Positions 63,101-64,000 of a stretch of DNA of 64,000 nucleotides are shown in pieces. The notes under the pieces are model-generated. The model was not told where the DNA came from, did no database searches, and worked only from the letters and a program-made list of their open reading frames with translations. The position numbers and the translations under genes were made by a program. The DNA is from Candidatus Aenigmatarchaeota archaeon (GTDB taxonomy: Archaea; Aenigmatarchaeota; Aenigmatarchaeia; Aenigmatarchaeales; Aenigmatarchaeaceae): contig JAFGAZ010000012.1 of NCBI GenBank assembly GCA_016933455.1, positions 1,625 through 65,624 on the forward strand, in the 5' to 3' direction. The number at the start of each line of letters is the position of its first letter. Within the stretch, counting starts at the first letter, position 1.

Positions 63101-64000
63101 GTAAGCATACGTTCCGTTTGATAATAGTATCTGCTCACTTGTTCCCTTTGATACACCGTCCCTGTAAAGGGAAGGTGTCAGTACAGTTGATGTTCCGGTT
63201 GCGTTCACAGCTTCAGGATAGGTGTATGTTTCATTGTCGTTTAATGTCGTGTTCAGGTATAGATTTACGGGGTTTGATGCTTTGGCTATTGTCAAAGTGT
63301 TGCTATCACTTTCAGCAGTGTAATTGGTAGTTGCAGTCATGTTGCAAATAACTTCAACGCCTCCAGGTGCTGCGGCAAATACAGTTGAGCTGTCGTTGTA
63401 TTCGTTGTGCTCAAGTCCGTCATAGTAAAGATTTGATGTACCATCTCCCTCGCAAGTGCAAGTCAGTGTTGTCGCTGCGCCGTAGGTGTATGACCATCCG
63501 TTTGAGGAAGCTATGGTACATGTAGTTGTTGTGTTCTGCTCAACAGTCATTGTCTGCGTGTCCATGTCGTCTGTTGCTGAAAAGTTTGTGCAGCCTGTGG
63601 TGTTCAATTTGTATTCATAGCTACCCACGCCTAGCGTTATGTCCGTTTCTCCACTTCCCTTGTCAGAATCATCCCTCCATACCTTGTATGTGCATCCTCC
63701 GTCAACAGAATTTGATTCAGAGTAGCTGACAGTCACCTGCTTTGGATATGTATATGTCCATGTGCTGTCTGTTATTGTGAGCGAGCCTGTGGGTGTTGCC
63801 TTATTTACTGTCAAAATGTCCGTATCGCTTCCAGCAGTCCAGTTATCACAACCTGTTGTATAGTAAGTATAATTGTAAACATCAGCTCCAAGAACCGTGG
63901 TGTCGCTTACCGAAGACCCAGAATCAATAGAGCTTCCGTTCCTTAATAGCTCGTACGTGCAGTCGCTGTCCCCTATGTTCGATTCAGATCCATAATAGTC
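51122..64000 (-). CDS. giant multidomain surface protein (more than 4,290 aa, N-terminus outside window) with C-terminal TM segment and cytoplasmic HerA/FtsK-like ATPase
   Basis: Single open frame from the window edge to TGA 51124..51122. Hand translation of 63815..64000 has no stop and continues the Ig-like module (..SESNIGDSDCTYELLRNGSS..). See the domain sub-features below. Confidence 0.9.
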   Translation of the reverse strand, partial: DYYGSESNIGDSDCTYELLRNGSSIDSGSSVSDTTVLGADVYNYTYYTTGCDNWTAGSDTDILTVNKATPTGSLTITDSTWTYTYPKQVTVSYSESNSVDGGCTYKVWRDDSDKGSGETDITLGVGSYEYKLNTTGCTNFSATDDMDTQTMTVEQNTTTTCTIASSNGWSYTYGAATTLTCTCEGDGTSNLYYDGLEHNEYNDSSTVFAAAPGGVEVICNMTATTNYTAESDSNTLTIAKASNPVNLYLNTTLNDNETYTYPEAVNATGTSTVLTPSLYRDGVSKGTSEQILLSNGTYAYKVNATGNENYSDNSTGLTYYALVNKGSSSVSIALTNNNTDYGLTNIAECSLVTGDSSATLTLYRNQTITNTGTSPIDETTVLPAGLWNYTCAYSTSENYSSSTSTSWMLISKAKPNITLSNNTAEVNTSGLVGYWKLDEGIGNTTYDASGWDNDGTLQNSTHGVPTWTEGRFGQGLEFDGEGDYVEIQDSNSLGSMNELTVEGWAKLNEFSGGEVYPIIGKVQYGNAYEIVFHTGVDGIEFCVANDTDWDCDNSGDIDIQTNAWYHVVGTYLPNGTGKIYVNGTLVNSFLFTVTGVLRNDSNSVIIGKGNDAVRIMNGTIDEVRVWNRTLSSDEIKEIYQSSVTYGTQTNFSVSENNANDINGAYMFRVNNTTNTLDDYILYWSFDEIEGSIVHDASESNSDARLYPTPTTTSSMESTSDFTGTSLSLDYTEKKDGTYSLKDTVSSPSASNTYNISYDPSGTWNWNNNFEQTFWIRNNRSSTDFNQARVYVYDSDDNYRYWDIDFSSDNWENKWLYMAYMNGYGGKDNSNGGSNTTITNCESITDWSKNNTGGSSSISIVDSNREGDYYVRFYVYGDDLSTNTDYYFRYNPTGNWDWSSNSYLHFMMSHCVPCEETDYLRLYAYDTSGDWAYWDLGCQYANWKAYALDLSSPTDEAPGALDLSTIDYIQWDFNRSDLSRYYQHINLDWIRLDDLHTEKVDKIIWSLEAADTTPFTTNIDMLQLDNDPNATQGKFGKALELDKKEYVRSDSLEPLVNGNNLTMTAWFKPDVSELNSQSWLFYKRWGYSIGVDSVYGTCYDQSGGKGQSISSITWENKWYFAVFRIKQESSTDAYDGVFDIQLYDENGLVGSNSRSDFGTVADSNTNYWYVGNTYWACFSNEYFDGMVDEFRVYNRTLTDEEIAVLRGAKNSTEYDATILGAGSYYYEAFMPPTQNYTKSSILLPLSVSKATMDLSISGGTTQTYPYQSTVTGTESNSGDSDVTYQLWRDSSMVDDTETYQEQIYLGVGSYAYRFNATGGANWTANATGVTDTVTINQNSSTESYMNLTINGTEGNKSYTYGQASNATGYFTGLFGNVPTFTLYRYYNTSVGSSNPQSDIMTFANETHWYVYNTSGNTNYSSASKSYFINIGKATSSVSISLTNNNTDYGLTDVAECSLVTGDSSATLTLYRNGSQVDTGTTPIDETIVLPAGLWNYTCVYSTSENYSSSTSTSWMLISKAKPNITLSNNTAEVNTSGLVGYWKFDEGIRNITYDKSGNNNTGYLKNQTGVCGGEACPSWTNGKLGKALEYDGIADFVEIYNYSNLNTLGSSDFAVEWWFKTTSSGRKERFISKGSESWSQGWHTYLSVGGNVGVELSDGVSTGESGSTVGSYNDGIWHHSVSVFYFGDNVSIFMDGDFENSFDISGEGDFSNSLKEIKLGRANIAYSENFTGTMDEVRLWNRSLSTGEIKELYETRSDNSIENNFSMSEENTGDSDVYYDFYRNGTVSAIWHFDEGENNYTFDDTGNNNTGTLKNSTHGVPIWSSGCTYGNCLEFDGLGDYIEISNSESLTLEDKITIEAWINWKDEGDDWQGIVSKGSLGYTGTEAWDFGLNNQGGGLDNELVWMDGNGDLYDSSYTITNNEWTHVAISVDNNTGSIKFYINGLENEFVSSNAMGSYDRSITIGSMRRLTNGDSFFNGTIDEVKIYPRVLSAEEILCRAGNNCSDYNLWNDTTTLDNSYYYYTARASEGENYTSSSLQIPLYIGEHFLNSSQIFSLDDETGRLGEYNRNPLQGFTLTETSGRLSDIFRTITDYFTTTFSMSRLGSFVREITDSLSLNNIAERIASIIRNVYEILSFDSAIERGFSFLRITADSFGIENYANRLVTFSRIVTDTLSLENFAGRLQYLITEITETLSIENISNRILSAYRTATDSFGIDSIADRLTATLRSVVQSFGISDSADRLTAMLRIIGQDINLGNVAERLSSIFRSITDTLQLSDAVSRGFSFVRSVTESFQIENISQRLSTMLRLLSETIGLQNSANRLVEIQRLLTESLGINNAAQRITSIFRIVTDSFGISEASERLASIFRSIADSIAINAASSRLQEIIRTVTDSFGLGQATERGFAYLRDVFETFSIENASGRLATMLRQATQNIALNNLAGRLQSITQMISQALSLNDYATRIATGIRSVTSYFSASSSSGLVPTYIRMALESLGITDAANNMYAYLRIIFDTITFNLQTIADKMGYNRVEVALQITLNESVSRLSSIFRAITQQLSVSNVSQELALMFRQISDFFSIENASSRLALITRNATETLNISNLASRLQAILRTLGNILQFNESASRLMSAFRSATDSITMQTASERMASILRILSDSINVSNVSERFASIFRNIFDTISFNSGIFRGFVYFRSISDTFSISDATGQLYNYFRMMSEQLGINNVADRIQDITRYFAQTINVNNISERFAIIMRSVTDFFGIDSAVDRLTAMLLQITESFGMSDSASRLADFYRTATGYFGISDSASRLQLISRMITDSFDINEVSNRIFTIIRSVSDSIGIENYSTRFASVIRSITQQLSVNEISQRLTTMLRGVYDTLTFESNIFRGFSYFRDVIETINISDASNQIYSYLRTITQQLNLNVLSDRLQDITIQISQTISIENVSSRLQAIMRTVSDSLGIESLVERTTAMLLEILESFGLQNNASRLSDFYRTATGYFGINEGVSRLQALTRILADSFNINELSSRISIAVRSVTNPIGLSDYASRLQAIIRQISQSITAQNLAARLQALTRVMSESFGISSGVSRGFVYIREIIDSLIINNASQRLMMFSRTLQQSISINEIASRIQAITLQINQSLDISSITGRIISAIRSATDSFGFQSTVDRTLATLINVIQQITTSDYASRLSSITRSVSETLNTNAIVSRLQSLFIRISETFNIGDSVTRNFVYIRDTIQALGISDAANRLMSFTRNIADSIYLNEFAARTQSILMMITEQINVLTDVSISGRVYERIVSVVMSVTDSVSRYRTLLVNITEALNVNAFADRIISLIRIIAEWFGIVATGGPDLTPPEITVEANSILPLSDVTIEANVTDAGGVSTVIAQVTYPAINGTVANYSMSPAGGDTWDYTLSNLTEVGDYYFTVFANDSSNNWGNESGWFEVYVPAWFNGTSVDAESYPVDVSFDMFNTTGSLLDSFESNASGYYSNIAHMRYYDVGIGTLNNAVNLSNVSIASDIDNATLIDPLSTFLIGGANSRVAKALYFQTILNYTDATLIMNYTGTGYSSETSLGIYRCENWLFSNRTPATDNSCWTRLSSTLDIFNNTLTTSMSEISGAYAVAEFICGDGACESLYGETSAFCPADCGTTPTGPTGGSPGGGSAPTTTVEEKDAIQTDITLTTRLIEVRLYPGEYQLVSIGLTNKRSVAKQVKLSVDGAIWPYTMFEDDTLDIQAGETVNAKIKFTTMPTTIPGVYNGKIKVEYDGVVETIDVILRVEYEREKLLDLKVDAITKEVRPGGILEYQVTIYNLGMTKRVDIINNYTIKSTETQEILTVDEESIAVETSTTFVRRMRIPEDTALGLYVLEAVASYDDKIATSVTSFSVVDQPWIITFLIDLFTNWMTYIVLFVAIPSFLLGWKLFEKWHSQKRVRGRYVRPVKLNKLPKKGLLLGKIAETNTNAYIEEEKLTTHTIIAGGTGSGKTVAAMVMAEEALKKNIPVIVFDPTAQWTGFIRSNNDKEMINNYKKFGMKEEEARSFKGSIVPIKDPFLKLEIEKYVKPGEMTVFVLNKLTADQLDYFIRKTVDYMFKVSWPESRKMKLMVVFDEVHRLLPKYSKKSGASLEGGGYQAIERACREFRKWGIGLVMISQVLLDFKGAIRAVIATEMQLRTKYEGDVNRIKTKYGWDYAESIPKLDIGTGMVQNPSYNDGKPWFITFRPLLHDTFRLTDEELQKYEDYADKIKELAEKVEKLKSKGIDTYDMELELKLAGEKVKTGQMRMAETYIDSINTRLKSMEEK
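51340..52190 (-). other. HerA/FtsK/VirB4-clade P-loop NTPase domain of the giant protein (approx. limits)
   Basis: THTIIAGGTGSGKTV (Walker A), KLMVVFDEVHRLLP (Walker B), GIGLVMISQ. Followed by a coiled-coil tail at 51125..51340. Confidence 0.7.
52255..52350 (-). other. transmembrane segment of the giant protein
   Basis: WIITFLIDLFTNWMTYIVLFVAIPSFLLGW, followed by KLFEKWHSQKRVRGRYVRPVKLNKLPKK (positive-inside). Confidence 0.7.
52355..52990 (-). other. two CARDB/NEW3-like Ig domains preceding the TM (approx.)
   Basis: RLYPGEYQLVSIGLTNKRSVAKQVKLSV...IQAGETVNAKIKFTTMPTTIPGVYNGKI, and RPGGILEYQVTIYNLGMTKRV... Confidence 0.4.
53975..57830 (-). repeat. about 64 tandem 20-aa (60-nt) coding repeats with 6-10-unit super-repeats
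   Basis: Units such as RLASIFRSIADSIAINAASS, RLQEIIRTVTDSFGLGQATE, RGFAYLRDVFETFSIENASG. A 31-nt identity at 55006..55036 and 55606..55636 is offset by exactly 600 nt. Confidence 0.9.
58000..58640 (-). other. LamG/ConA-like lectin domain 4 (approx.)
   Basis: AIWHFDEGENNYTFDDTGNNNTGTL...CLEFDGLGDYIEI...WTHVAISVD...IKFYINGL...FNGTIDEVKIYPRVLSAEEI. Confidence 0.75.
58741..59400 (-). other. LamG/ConA-like lectin domain 3 (approx.)
   Basis: GLVGYWKFDEGIRNITYDKSGNNNTGYL...ALEYDGIADFVEI...WHHSVSVF...FTGTMDEVRLWNRSLSTGEIKELY. Confidence 0.75.
59330..59712 (-). repeat. internal duplication, copy B (Ig module + LamG start)
   Basis: Roughly 75-80% nt identity by eye to 62640..63025. Shares an identical 26-mer GGCTTTGCCTTGCTAATTAGCATCCA (59439..59464 vs 62756..62781). 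Confidence 0.85.
60385..60915 (-). other. LamG/ConA-like lectin domain 2 (approx.)
   Basis: GKFGKALELDKKEYVRSDS...LTMTAWFKP...WYFAVFRI...FDGMVDEFRVYNRTLTDEEIAVL. Confidence 0.65.
61025..61835 (-). other. two tandem jelly-roll, CBM-like modules (approx.)
   Basis: YNISYDPSGTWNWNNNFEQTFWIRNN...ARVYVYDSDDNYRYWDIDFSSDNWENKW, and YYFRYNPTGNWDWSSNSYLHFMMSH...LRLYAYDTSGDWAYWDLGCQYANWKAYALDLS...IDYIQWDF. Confidence 0.35.
62075..62718 (-). other. LamG/ConA-like lectin domain 1 (approx.)
   Basis: GLVGYWKLDEGIGNTTYDASGWDNDGTL...GLEFDGEGDYVEI...LTVEGWAKL...WYHVVGTY...IYVNGTL...MNGTIDEVRVWNRTLSSDEIKEIY. Confidence 0.75.
62640..63025 (-). repeat. internal duplication, copy A
   Basis: Protein level: SLVTGDSSATLTLYRN...LPAGLWNYTC.YSTSENYSSSTSTSWMLISKAKPNITLSNNTAEVNTSGLVGYWK in both copies, 3,317 nt apart. 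Confidence 0.85.

Noticed and set aside
63812-63814. Track start (TTG) of the giant ORF.
   Set aside because: The frame remains open upstream to the window edge (no stop in 63815..64000). The upstream translation continues the same Ig-like module, so the gene is 5'-truncated by the window.

Overview
Archaeal chromosome segment. It is compact and moderately AT-rich. Most intergenic gaps are under 130 nt (largest 208 nt), and six gene pairs share a 4-nt ATGA start/stop overlap. The archaeal assignment rests on TBP, MCM, RFC small and large subunits, FEN-1, aIF2-beta, aEF-1beta, L40e, L10e and a DGGGP-synthase-type UbiA enzyme. The gene content and compaction resemble a small-genome, possibly host-associated (DPANN-like) archaeon; that is inference only. 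I can support about 65 protein genes and 3 tRNAs (Arg-GCG, Thr-GGT, Pro-TGG). I saw no rRNA, CRISPR array, transposase or integrase. Layout: (i) 0.3-16.3 kb is a sugar/glycogen block: GalT-like enzyme, phosphohexomutase, GAPN-like ALDH, PFK, class II aldolase, debranching enzyme, TPI, cupin-type PGI, and a GT4/5-GH57-GT3 glycogen operon. (ii) 16.7-47 kb holds information-processing and housekeeping genes. These include the ribose-1,5-bisphosphate isomerase + form III RuBisCO pair, a GatE lacking its insertion domain, a TBP-MCM-OB-fold-aIF2beta run, an RFC operon with an embedded zinc-ribbon gene, and a prepilin peptidase. (iii) 47.3-64.0 kb is one co-directional minus-strand run. It is dominated by a giant gene of more than 4,290 codons that is still open at the window edge. 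The gene encodes Ig-like, LamG and CBM-like modules, about 64 tandem 20-aa repeats, one TM segment and a cytoplasmic HerA/FtsK-type P-loop ATPase. Tightly packed behind it are a 507-aa coiled-coil protein, a 70-aa wHTH protein, an Ig-TM-SHOCT-like membrane protein, a MinD/ParA ATPase and a small 3-TM protein. I consider this block the best candidate for an undescribed cell-surface/contact system. All family assignments come from motif recognition by eye, not from database searches. Several ORF-track starts are TTG/GTG and were moved to in-frame ATGs.
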